A stretch of DNA of 58,773 nt from a virus (taxonomy: Duplodnaviria > Caudoviricetes), in IMG/VR virus record IMGVR_UViG_3300031576_000048, positions 1 through 58,773 of that record, one strand, 5' to 3'. Position numbers and translations under genes: made by a program. Below, piece by piece: positions 18,561 to 26,906 of the stretch (position 1 is its first letter; every line of letters starts with the position of its first letter). The notes below the pieces were generated by a model. It searched no databases, was not told the origin of the DNA, and saw nothing but the letters and a program-made list of their open reading frames with translations.

Positions 18561-19799
18561 TCACAACCATTGAATTCTTTCCCCGTTTAACTTCACCTCT
18601 TTTTTACCTGTCAACGTAACCCATCGTTGAACAATCACATCGCAAAAGGCAGGAGATATTTCTATACCATAACATCGTCTCTGTAAAACTTCAGCTCGAA
18701 TAAGGGTTGTTCCACTGCCTAAAAAGGGATCGTATATCAAATCGCCCTCGGAACTATGAAACCGTAACAGTGCATCCCAAAGAGCAGCCGGTTTTTCCGT
18801 AGGGTGAATTGCATTAACAAGTTTTCTATCAATCTCAAATACGCTCGACTGATTCGGGGGTGTTTTAGAGAAAAATGACGAGCCGATTTTTCGGGCAAGA
18901 AAAATAAATTCGTGTTGTTTTTGGTAACGAGCACCTGGTTGCAAAACAAAATGTTGCTTTTTCCAAACCAAAATATCAATTGTTTCAAACTGCAACTCGT
19001 CAAGTGCTCGAACATAGGCATGTAATTGCTTATCTGCATATGTCATAATTAAACTGGTACATGGCAAGTTGCTAATAAATCCCCGCAAAAGTGCGGTTGC
19101 ATCTTTGGGGTCTACATACGATTGAAGCGTTGTATTGGGATGAGCTTCTCTGCTTGCATAATTAACTGAATATGGTGGGTCCGTTAGACATAATGCCGCG
19201 CGCTTGCCATTCATCAACCGTAATACCTCCTCGGCTTTTGTGGAATCACCACAAAGGAGTTTATGTTCTCCGAACTCATAGAGATCGCCTTTTTTTGTCC
19301 TTGGCTCGTCGGGTACTTCAGGTATCTCATCTTCAACAGCTTCATTAGTCATCCAGCCAGCCTCGAATTGTGATAGACTGATTTCAGGCAAATCAATTTG
19401 CATTTTTAATTCGTCGAAATCGAGTCCACCCACGTGAATGAATTCATAAAGGCTTTCCTCGTCAGCCTGCGCATATATGCTCGCGTAGAGAAGCACGAGT
19501 TTCCTCGCCTCCCTTAGGTCCGTACAGTCGATGATGTTCGCCGGGAGAGAATCCGGGATTGTGTGCCCCTCCTTTTCAAGCTCCTCCATCGCGAGCTTGC
19601 GGTGGTGGCCGTCCAGAATCCAAGTCGCCCCGTTTTCTTGGTAGATGTTGAACGGCTGGATGAAGCTGTTGGCGAGAAGGCTGCGCTTGAGCCTTGCGAA
19701 CGCGGGCTTGCTTATGCTTTTGAGCGAACCCTGAAGCCATTGCACCTCGCGCCATCGTATCAGCTCGGTGCGGAGTATTCGACTGTGGATTTCGGCCAT
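18561..19799 (-). CDS. ParB-like domain plus DNA methyltransferase
   Basis: ILDGHHR (ParB); HKLLCGDST; TDPPY; HPTEKP; DPFLGSGTT. Confidence 0.9.
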   Translation of the reverse strand: MAEIHSRILRTELIRWREVQWLQGSLKSISKPAFARLKRSLLANSFIQPFNIYQENGATWILDGHHRKLAMEELEKEGHTIPDSLPANIIDCTDLREARKLVLLYASIYAQADEESLYEFIHVGGLDFDELKMQIDLPEISLSQFEAGWMTNEAVEDEIPEVPDEPRTKKGDLYEFGEHKLLCGDSTKAEEVLRLMNGKRAALCLTDPPYSVNYASREAHPNTTLQSYVDPKDATALLRGFISNLPCTSLIMTYADKQLHAYVRALDELQFETIDILVWKKQHFVLQPGARYQKQHEFIFLARKIGSSFFSKTPPNQSSVFEIDRKLVNAIHPTEKPAALWDALLRFHSSEGDLIYDPFLGSGTTLIRAEVLQRRCYGIEISPAFCDVIVQRWVTLTGKKEVKLNGERIQWL

Positions 19800-19805
19800 G
19801 CCAAC

Positions 19806-19834
19806 AAGATATGACCTATGACGGGGTTTGTCAA
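19806..19834 (-). promoter_or_regulatory. Promoter predicted to give a leaderless mRNA
   Basis: TTGACA-17 nt-TATCTT, 6 nt before ATG 19799. Confidence 0.7.
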
Positions 19835-19865
19835 CACAAAATTGAAACGCCGTAAGAAACGCGGG

Positions 19866-20270
19866 TCAGACAATCCTCCGCAGGATTGCTCCGAGCGGAT
19901 GTTCATTGACTTCAAATAATGGCTTGCCCGCAAGGAATATTTGGCATTGGGCTTCACCTCGGTCTTCATCCCAATTCATGATCATCACTTCTGTCCCAAA
20001 TTCCTCACTCAATCTACGCGCGAACTCGGAGGAGCTGTCAAATCCCCAATAATTGAAGACGCCCGCGATCACGACATAGGAGCCTTTCCCTGCTGTAAGT
20101 TCCTTGGATATACAATGTCCGGCATCGTCTTCAATGGGTGGGTCAAAATCTCCATCCCGCATTCTCTTTATCAGTTTGTCCACACGCGCCTTCAGATCAT
20201 TCATATCGGTATCGCCAGAAAAAACACCACCTGTACGTATGCCAATCATGGTCGAAATATAATGCCCCAT
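19866..20270 (-). CDS. Hypothetical protein
   Basis: SD GAAAGGA; intact 134-aa ORF. Confidence 0.7.
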   Translation of the reverse strand: MGHYISTMIGIRTGGVFSGDTDMNDLKARVDKLIKRMRDGDFDPPIEDDAGHCISKELTAGKGSYVVIAGVFNYWGFDSSSEFARRLSEEFGTEVMIMNWDEDRGEAQCQIFLAGKPLFEVNEHPLGAILRRIV

Positions 20271-20343
20271 TTGTCATTCCTTTCTATTTGCCATACAATG
20301 TCGCGGCCTAAGCCTGAATACCTACAAAGTTTTAATAGGGATG

Positions 20344-21117
20344 CTAAATTCTAACTGGTTCTGCTTCTTGAAATAATTCTGCTTGTTTTTCGACGTCTGC
20401 ATAAACGGGGAATTCTCTGATAATCTCGCCATCCAAGTCGATCCCTGTTTCGGTTCTCAATCCAGCGGATTGCTTATGAAAAAAGGCGACATCATTTTCA
20501 CGGCACTTCGCCCGCATGTCTCTTGCCCATTGTTTGTCTTCTGACCGATAATGAGGACCAGATTCACCTCCATAGATTAACCAGTCAATTCCTTTAAGGT
20601 CAATTTCATCCGCGATCGGGCCCAATGCTGGTTCATAACTTACAAACCGGATCTTCGCGTCTACTTCACGCAAGGTGTCGATACGATGTAAATAATGCTT
20701 GTTTTCAACAGAGACCCCAATCCATACATTTTGTGGAATTGTTTTTGGAGATAGCTGCACAATGTTTTCAGGCCGCTTTGTCAAAAGTTGCCATTGAAGA
20801 TGTTTCGTTTTTGCTATCAAAATCCACAAGGCGGTCTGCCATTCGAGCAACTCCTCCCTGCATTCGAACACGTCAGCAAGAGATGCGCAAAATACTTTCC
20901 GTGGCCCGCCATGGGATGCCAGTTCATCCCACATTATGGGCTGCTTCCAGTATTGCATGGATGTCCTTTTTCTCGGATTTTCGCCCCACACGGATATGCC
21001 CATCCTTGTTTTTGTGAGGTTTTCGGCGTAGCAATTTTTGCAGCCCGGAGAAACTTTGGAACATCCCATCCACGGGTTAAATGTGTAATCCGTCCATGCA
21101 ATGATCGATCGGCCCAT
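20344..21117 (-). CDS. DUF5131 (phage Gp37/Gp68) radical-SAM-like protein
   Basis: IAWTDYTFNPWMGCSKVSPGCKNCYA, LLTKRPE, RFVSYEP, IYGGESG. Confidence 0.9.
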   Translation of the reverse strand: MGRSIIAWTDYTFNPWMGCSKVSPGCKNCYAENLTKTRMGISVWGENPRKRTSMQYWKQPIMWDELASHGGPRKVFCASLADVFECREELLEWQTALWILIAKTKHLQWQLLTKRPENIVQLSPKTIPQNVWIGVSVENKHYLHRIDTLREVDAKIRFVSYEPALGPIADEIDLKGIDWLIYGGESGPHYRSEDKQWARDMRAKCRENDVAFFHKQSAGLRTETGIDLDGEIIREFPVYADVEKQAELFQEAEPVRI

Positions 21118-21119
21118 AT

Positions 21120-22263
21120 TTAATTCAATTTTACGGCTCTATTATTTGTAAGAGTTTCCCAACGATTGATAATCAGATCGCAGTAGGCCGGATTAAGTTC
21201 CATAAGATATGCAGAAAATCCTAACTGTTCCGCAGCAAGTAGTGTGCTGCCGGAACCACCGAAAACATCAAGACATGCGCCATTGCAAAAGTGCCGCAAA
21301 AAAATCGCCGGCAGTTCTATGCGCTTGCCGTAGGGGAAAACAAGGTGCTCTTTTGTGGTTCGAAGCGTTGGCACGGAAATAATTGTGCTGAAACCATCAA
21401 ACAAATTCCTCGATGCCCTGCTGCCGAATTGCGCGATGCAATTGTGTCTCTGCATGACTTGATTGCTTGCTATCATCGTTGCTTGCACAAAATCATGGAC
21501 ATATAGCCTGATAAAACTGCTTTTAGACGAGCACAATGATATGCACTGCTTGTCTGATAATAACCAAAACTGGACTTCGGCAATTTCCCAGGCGTTGTCG
21601 AATACAGCCGACACTATGTCGTTATCCATGTCGAACGGGGGATCGGTAAATATCATGTCCGGATATCCCCGGATGGAAAGCAGCAGTCGTTCCATCATGC
21701 TAAAATCGGTTGAATCACCGCACAAAAGTCTGTGCCTGCCGAGATCGTACAAGTCCCCATACTTTGTTTTCGCGTTCTCCGGCAACCGCTGTATTTCATC
21801 CTGAATGAGGGGATTGAACATTGCCTCTAATCTGTTCATCCTTATTTCCGGCATGTCAATTTCCATTTTAAGCTCGTCGAAACGGAGCTTGTTCTCATAA
21901 ATGAAATTGTAGAAGTCGTTTTCATGCACGCTCGCATACACGCTTGCATACAGAAGAACAAGTTTTTTTCGCCTCTTGGAGTGATTTGCAGTCAATGAAA
22001 TTGGCAGGAAGAGTGTCAGGGAGAAGATGCCCCTCCTTTTCAAGCTCCTCCATCGCGAGCTTGCGGTGGTGGCCGTCCAGAATCCACCTCGCCCCGTTTT
22101 CTTCGTAAACGTTGAACGGCTGGATAAAGCTGTTGGCGAGAAGGCTATGCTTGAGCTTTTCGAACGCACCCCTGCTTATGCTTTTGAGCGAACCTTGAAG
22201 CCACTGCGCCTCGCGCCATCGTATCGGCTCGGTGCGGAGTATCCGACTGTGGATTTCGGCCAT
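21120..22263 (-). pseudogene. Second ParB-methyltransferase, split by a frameshift at an A7 run (21963-21969)
   Basis: N-terminus nearly identical to 18561-19799; removing one A restores EAKKLVLLYAS and joins to TDPPF...DVFGGSGSTL. Confidence 0.8.
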
Positions 22264-22269
22264 ATTGAC

Positions 22270-22298
22270 AAGATACTGCTTGCGGTTGGGTTTGTCAA
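22270..22298 (-). promoter_or_regulatory. Promoter predicted to give a leaderless mRNA
   Basis: TTGACA-17 nt-TATCTT, 6 nt before ATG 22263. Confidence 0.7.
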
Positions 22299-22337
22299 CA
22301 CAAAATCCGAAGGCGGCTGAATCGCCTATTCGCTACT

Positions 22338-22544
22338 TCAGGCGCTGGCTCGGTGATTTTGCGAACGATGTAAACTCACTCCGTCTTTAGGAAAAGCGCT
22401 GTAGTAGACGATACGTTCGATTCCATCTAATCGGGTTTGCGCCACAGCGTAACTCGCCGCGTCTCGTAACATTGGATTAGGTAGGGCGTGAAGCGGAACC
22501 TTTTTCAGGAACACGCTTACGATTTCGACTGGACTGTTCTTCAT
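22338..22544 (-). CDS. Hypothetical protein
   Basis: SD GGGAGG. Confidence 0.45.
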   Translation of the reverse strand: MKNSPVEIVSVFLKKVPLHALPNPMLRDAASYAVAQTRLDGIERIVYYSAFPKDGVSLHRSQNHRASA

Positions 22545-22638
22545 ACTGCCTCCCGTCGACGCGACTGGGGACGGATAACGCTGCTGTCGTAATGTGCGAT
22601 TGTCACATCGCGCCTTTGAGTTTCAGTTCCATGCTGCG

Positions 22639-22941
22639 TCAAACTTCGGTCCTGGGTGCTGGTGTCCAGCCGTCGGCCTCCTCTAAGTATCGCCAAGCCC
22701 TTGCAAACTCGCCTGCATTACTGTAGCGAATGGTGTGACCGGCAAGGCGTCTTGCAATGAGGTGCGGAAGTGCTGGGTTCTGCTTTTGCAACATGTTAGT
22801 CAGCTCGTGGGGGAAGGGGAACCTGTCCTCTCCACCATGAGCCAGGACATAGGCTCCGCCCACACAGTAGTCCGTATCAGTAGCCTCTTCCTGTGCCGCG
22901 ACGGGGTTTGGGTATTGTTTTTTGATAGATTTGATGTTCAT
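22639..22941 (-). CDS. Hypothetical protein
   Basis: SD GGAGG; intact ORF. Confidence 0.6.
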   Translation of the reverse strand: MNIKSIKKQYPNPVAAQEEATDTDYCVGGAYVLAHGGEDRFPFPHELTNMLQKQNPALPHLIARRLAGHTIRYSNAGEFARAWRYLEEADGWTPAPRTEV

Positions 22942-23078
22942 TGCTGCCTCCGGGATTGATGTAAGTTTATGCTATCCGGCCTCTGCCAAGATTCGCCAGG
23001 CCACGTCAAACATACCCATGTCATTATACGGTTTGCCTTCTCCAATTTGTCCAGCGTTGCTACGGAATGCGCGTCGGA

Positions 23079-23342
23079 TCATAACTTATGACGATACCAA
23101 ACAAACGTCATAAGGTTCGCTACGTCAATACCATGCCCAGGCACATTAGGATTGCGCCTAAACTTTCGCAAATTCCTTTCTGCTCTCGCGATCAAGTTCC
23201 TATCGCTAAATTCATCGTTGTCATCCCATCCTTCCCATCCGTTAGCCTCCCGCAAGGCAAGCTCATCATACATTGCTTTCGTGAATTGTCTCCATGCTTT
23301 GACGAGTTCTTTACTCTGGATTTTCTTTTCCTGTTTTGCCAT
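23079..23342 (-). CDS. Hypothetical helical protein (DVANL motif, MazG-like fold possible)
   Basis: SD GAGGAG; GW..W...IDVANLMTFVW. Confidence 0.55.
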   Translation of the reverse strand: MAKQEKKIQSKELVKAWRQFTKAMYDELALREANGWEGWDDNDEFSDRNLIARAERNLRKFRRNPNVPGHGIDVANLMTFVWYRHKL

Positions 23343-23444
23343 TACTCCTCTCTCTCTAAAGTTCATCCTTCGCTTCTTCGATGTCGGTGAGATTTTTAAG
23401 CCTCATCAATTCTGTCCGCTACGGGGTTTGGGTATTGGTGATTC

Positions 23445-23642
23445 TCATGGTCGCAAATCGCGGGTATTTTTTCTCTCCACATGATTGATTGCGATGGCGA
23501 GCAGCAGGACTTCTGGAATGTCTGGGTTCCATAAAAAGTCGCATCGTTTACAATAGCGCAGTGAATTAGTCTCGCCCATTGTTTCGATTTTGTGGCCGCC
23601 ACATGTCGGGCACATGGTTTTCCATATCTCTTGTTCATCCAT
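23445..23642 (-). CDS. Small zinc-ribbon protein
   Basis: CPTC...CKRC. Confidence 0.5.
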   Translation of the reverse strand: MDEQEIWKTMCPTCGGHKIETMGETNSLRYCKRCDFLWNPDIPEVLLLAIAINHVERKNTRDLRP

Positions 23643-23717
23643 TGAACCATTCTCCTCGTTTCACCACGTTTACGCCCTTTCCATCGAGTGCAATCCTGTT
23701 ACTCAGATCACCTTGGA

Positions 23718-24431
23718 TTAAGGATCATCGGTTTGTTTCCGCTGTTGACATTTGCCCATTTCCTCAAGGACGGAATAGAACTTGTCCGCGAAAAGATGGA
23801 TGTTATCCACCATCGCCTGGTCATACGACGCGATGACGTCTTTTTTCACGGCCTCATCGAGCACCTTCCGCCGCGACGCCTCATCAAGAGCGGCCAGCGC
23901 CTTCCTCGCAAATGCGAAACGGCGCTTGTGCTGTTGTCGGGACCGCTCACGAATGGCTGCGAGCTTGAGTTCCCAATCTCGCTGAGCATCCTCGAGGCCG
24001 AGAAGTTCGGCGGCCTCCTCGTCGATCCGCCTTTGTTCGTCCCTGGACAACCGCCGTAACCGATCCAGGCATCGCGAAAGCTCTTCGTGGATTCTTCCGC
24101 GCTCGATTCGCTGTCTCTCGTCGTAGACGCAGACCAAATCCTGTACCCAGTATTCAAAAGCAATCGTCCCGTAAGTCTGCTTGAGGAGAACGGAGTTCGC
24201 TCGGAGCTGAATCCTCTCCGATGTCTCGTTTAGATCATGAAGAAGTTCGATCAAATCTCGCCGTTGTATCTCGTCGAGGGGTTTGATCTGCTTTTGAAAC
24301 TCAAGTTTTGTTACTATCAGGCCGATTTCGCTCGTCGATGCTGCGTTGGGCTGCTGCAATGCTACGCTCGACGGCGTCCCGCTGCGGGACTGGACGAGTG
24401 CCAGATTGACTGCGTTGCCGATCTGTTCCAT
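23718..24431 (-). CDS. Replication-associated protein (helicase-loader position)
   Basis: Overlaps the 3' end of the initiator; SD GAGGGAG; coiled-coil. Confidence 0.55.
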   Translation of the reverse strand: MEQIGNAVNLALVQSRSGTPSSVALQQPNAASTSEIGLIVTKLEFQKQIKPLDEIQRRDLIELLHDLNETSERIQLRANSVLLKQTYGTIAFEYWVQDLVCVYDERQRIERGRIHEELSRCLDRLRRLSRDEQRRIDEEAAELLGLEDAQRDWELKLAAIRERSRQQHKRRFAFARKALAALDEASRRKVLDEAVKKDVIASYDQAMVDNIHLFADKFYSVLEEMGKCQQRKQTDDP

Positions 24432-25056
24432 GTTTCTCCCTCTTTTCAAGTTCCGAAATCACCCAAGTCCTGAACGTTGCGTAGTCAGATTTGTACTTTT
24501 TGCCGTTGCTGGCTTTGTAGGCTGAGAGAATTTCGATTGCCGCTTGCACGCGATCCGAAGTTCCAAGTCGTTCAACGAGTTTTCCGTATTCGAATCTGGT
24601 CAAAAATACATTCTCAAATTCGCCGAATTTCTCCTTTACAGTCTTACATTCTTTCTCTTTATCTTCTTCTGTATCTGTATCTCCTTCTCCCTCTACTTCT
24701 TTGCTTGGAAGTTTCTTGGGAGTATCTTCCAAGTCAATATGATAATTATCCTTTATTTGCAGGAGTTTTGCTACCTCGATCTTCAACACGCTCCCATAAC
24801 ATTCATATTTCATTCCCCGAATGTTCTTCAAATGTTTCAGGAATGTTTTGAGTTTGTTCCGCTTACATCCGCACAATGAACACGTTTCGTTCAGCGAAAG
24901 AATCGCAATCGGGACCGGCATCGTGCCCTTCATTTGCTCGGAAACCTTTTCCAGAAGCGTCCAATAAACGCCGACTCCCCACATCCCGAACTTGGTTCTG
25001 ATCGAGACCAATTTGTCGTCCTGATTCGCGTTGGACATGTGCTTGAACCATTTAAT
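24301..25056 (-). CDS. Replication initiator (DUF4373/Lin1244-like N-terminus), probable ATT start
   Basis: (I)KWFKHMSNANQDDKL...GVGVYWTLLE; charged linker; C-terminal GKKYKSDYATFRTW. Confidence 0.75.
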   Translation of the reverse strand: MKWFKHMSNANQDDKLVSIRTKFGMWGVGVYWTLLEKVSEQMKGTMPVPIAILSLNETCSLCGCKRNKLKTFLKHLKNIRGMKYECYGSVLKIEVAKLLQIKDNYHIDLEDTPKKLPSKEVEGEGDTDTEEDKEKECKTVKEKFGEFENVFLTRFEYGKLVERLGTSDRVQAAIEILSAYKASNGKKYKSDYATFRTWVISELEKREKHGTDRQRSQSGTRPVPQRDAVERSIAAAQRSIDERNRPDSNKT

Positions 25057-25114
25057 GTGACACCTCTCCGTGTGTGTGCCTACGATTGGCTAATCGGTCC
25101 CCACAAAAAACAGC

Positions 25115-25221
25115 AATGCCATCAGACCGAGAACCCACCCGCGACAACACAGGTTTGAGGAACCTTGGCAGGCTCCCGGTCTAATGGCATTATGTTTATG
25201 TTGTCGCATTTCAGTTCCTCA
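25115..25221 (-). ncRNA. Structured leader/C4-like antisense RNA upstream of the initiator
   Basis: 25-bp stem (25167-25191 with 25115-25139); loop GTTCCTCA and TGTTGTCGC are complementary to upstream TGAGGAAC and GCGACAACA. Confidence 0.55.
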
Positions 25222-25225
25222 CTGA

Positions 25226-25254
25226 ATGGTACAGAGGTAACCCCTCAATGTCAA
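25226..25254 (-). promoter_or_regulatory. Promoter of the replication operon
   Basis: TTGACA-17 nt-TACCAT. Confidence 0.65.
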
Positions 25255-25290
25255 GTAAAAAGTTTCAACAGTTCTACTGGGCATCGTCCG

Positions 25291-25515
25291 CTATTGGCCC
25301 GACTCTTTGCTCCGAATACCAATCACATGCCGACTCAATTTCGCTGCAATGTGCTGCAATATATTGAATTGTTTTTGGGTAAGGTCTTGCGACCGCGCGT
25401 CAACAGACTCGACGAAAACCCGCTCCCAATCCGTTAGATTGTGCCGATGTCTGAGACAAAATGCAATGTTGTCAGAAATGATTTTGTCACGATAGTTCCC
25501 TGCTTCACCCTTCAT
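25291..25515 (-). CDS. Hypothetical protein
   Basis: LTDWERVFVESV...LTQKQ..IL..I motif common in small phage proteins. Confidence 0.6.
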   Translation of the reverse strand: MKGEAGNYRDKIISDNIAFCLRHRHNLTDWERVFVESVDARSQDLTQKQFNILQHIAAKLSRHVIGIRSKESGQ

Positions 25516-25517
25516 AA

Positions 25518-25829
25518 ATTCGCGCTCAATGTTCATGTGAAAATCTTGTCATTTGGCTCGCTCAAACTTATTGAAAGATTTCGTCGATTTCGGCTCACTC
25601 ACACTATTTGAAAAAGAATTGTCGCTTGTCTTGGTTCGCTCACTCTGTTTGTGAAAATCTAGTTCGTTGGCTCGCTCCTTCGTTTAGTAGAAATCGCAGG
25701 TAATGGCTCGCTCTTTTTCTTTGAATAATCTTTTTTCGTGGCTCACTCGTATCACATTAATGAAACCGATTCGCCTAATTTGGTTCGCTCTTGTACTCAG
25801 GTAGAAAAATCAACATTTATGGCTCACTC
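25518..25829 (-). repeat. TIGR-type dual-spacer array, downstream block (8 units)
   Basis: GAG(C/T)GA(A/G)CCA edge repeat every 35-42 nt alternating with a GATTTTCACA-like loop repeat, each separated by about 8-9 nt of unique sequence. Confidence 0.8.
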
Positions 25830-26131
25830 AGTCTGTATCATTCCGCATCGGCCAGTTCGGCGGTGGAATGTCGCGTTGGAACCTGCCCGACGCCAAAGCC
25901 ATTTTTGCCGTCTCAACATTGTCACCACGATCATTCCGTTCGATTTCATACTCCGAGGGTCTGAAGAAACAGGTTTGGTTCCTCAGAATTGGTTGAGGCC
26001 GACAACGCATTGCCGGACTGGATGCGGAAATCCTGCACCTGATAGTACAGGTCAACCAAAAACCGGGCCTCGTAGTCGGTGAGTGTTTTGGCGAGGTCTA
26101 TATCTTTCTTTAGATCGAGTATGTCAAGCAT
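25828..26131 (-). pseudogene. Internally deleted Tas (Nop-domain/IS110-related) gene
   Basis: N-terminal EARFLVDLYYQVQDFRIQSGN; out-of-frame EYEIERNDRGD..; C-terminal IPPPNWP; central domain absent. Confidence 0.65.
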
Positions 26132-26135
26132 AAAA

Positions 26136-26299
26136 AATTTCGCTCCTATGTGGATTGTGAAAATCACTTCTGATGGCTCACTCGTTGATTGTGTGAATAA
26201 TCCTCCAGCTCTTTGGTTCACTCATCAACCTTGTTGAAATCAATACAGTTGGTTCACTCCACAGCTTTGTAAATTAAAATCAATCGGGTTGGTTCACTC
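26136..26299 (-). repeat. TIGR-type dual-spacer array, upstream block (4 units)
   Basis: GAGTGAACCA/GAGTGAGCCA at 26290, 26250, 26214 and 26174 with GATTT..ACA loop repeats. Confidence 0.8.
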
Positions 26300-26321
26300 A
26301 TTTTCATTTTTGTGGAGCTCA

Positions 26322-26870
26322 TTACTGTTCACCCGGTTGAGCCTCAAGTAGCGCAAGCTCGGCGGCATGTTTGGAGCGGAGATCGCTGTATGATAGCCAG
26401 CCAGCTTCCGTTAATGCTTTGGAGTATACTTCTCCCTTTGGAATGATTGGCTGCCACGCCTCGTCACAAAATATTCGGTAGTGCCAAACCGCAAGGATCT
26501 TGCCTTGTTCCGAATACGGTGGTTCTGACCAAACATACCGCTTGTCGTGATGAAAAAACACCTCGATCCATTGTTCTGTAAGTTGTATGTCTTTGTCTCG
26601 TGGCTCCAGCGTTAACGGATCAAGAAATGACAGACTCAAATGCCAGCACCGTTCATACTCCGGATTCTTCCACCATCCGCTTGAATGATGCCCGGAATCT
26701 CTTGTGAAAATTATTGCTGAGCCGCTCACGACATGATAGCCTGTCGAGCGGCGAATGATTTCGCGGTTTGTTATACTATCCGTACCAGTATAGATTGGTA
26801 ATGTTACAGCTACACGCTTCATTTCTCGTGCTATGCTTTCAACAAGCCAGTATTTCTGGAAACGTCTCAT
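26322..26870 (-). CDS. Hypothetical protein
   Basis: Intact 182-aa ORF; HHSSGWWKNP..ERCWHLSLSF. Confidence 0.7.
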   Translation of the reverse strand: MRRFQKYWLVESIAREMKRVAVTLPIYTGTDSITNREIIRRSTGYHVVSGSAIIFTRDSGHHSSGWWKNPEYERCWHLSLSFLDPLTLEPRDKDIQLTEQWIEVFFHHDKRYVWSEPPYSEQGKILAVWHYRIFCDEAWQPIIPKGEVYSKALTEAGWLSYSDLRSKHAAELALLEAQPGEQ

Positions 26871-26906
26871 CGCGACCTGTCACAATAGTTCTCAGGATTG
26901 TGCCTC

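Noticed and set aside
19565-22306. Diversity-generating retroelement TR/VR pair
   Set aside because: No reverse transcriptase seen; the repeats are gene N-termini and their differences are not confined to adenines
22897-23437. Short repeat CAATACCCAAACCCCGT(C/A)GCGG (QYPNPVA) in two places
   Set aside because: Only about 22 nt in two copies, the second in an unsupported frame; cannot be distinguished from a recombination scar or chance
25518-26299. CRISPR array or replication iterons
   Set aside because: Repeats are about 10 nt of two alternating types with spacers of about 8-9 nt, no cas genes are present, and the spacing is irregular and outside the initiator gene; the layout fits TIGR better
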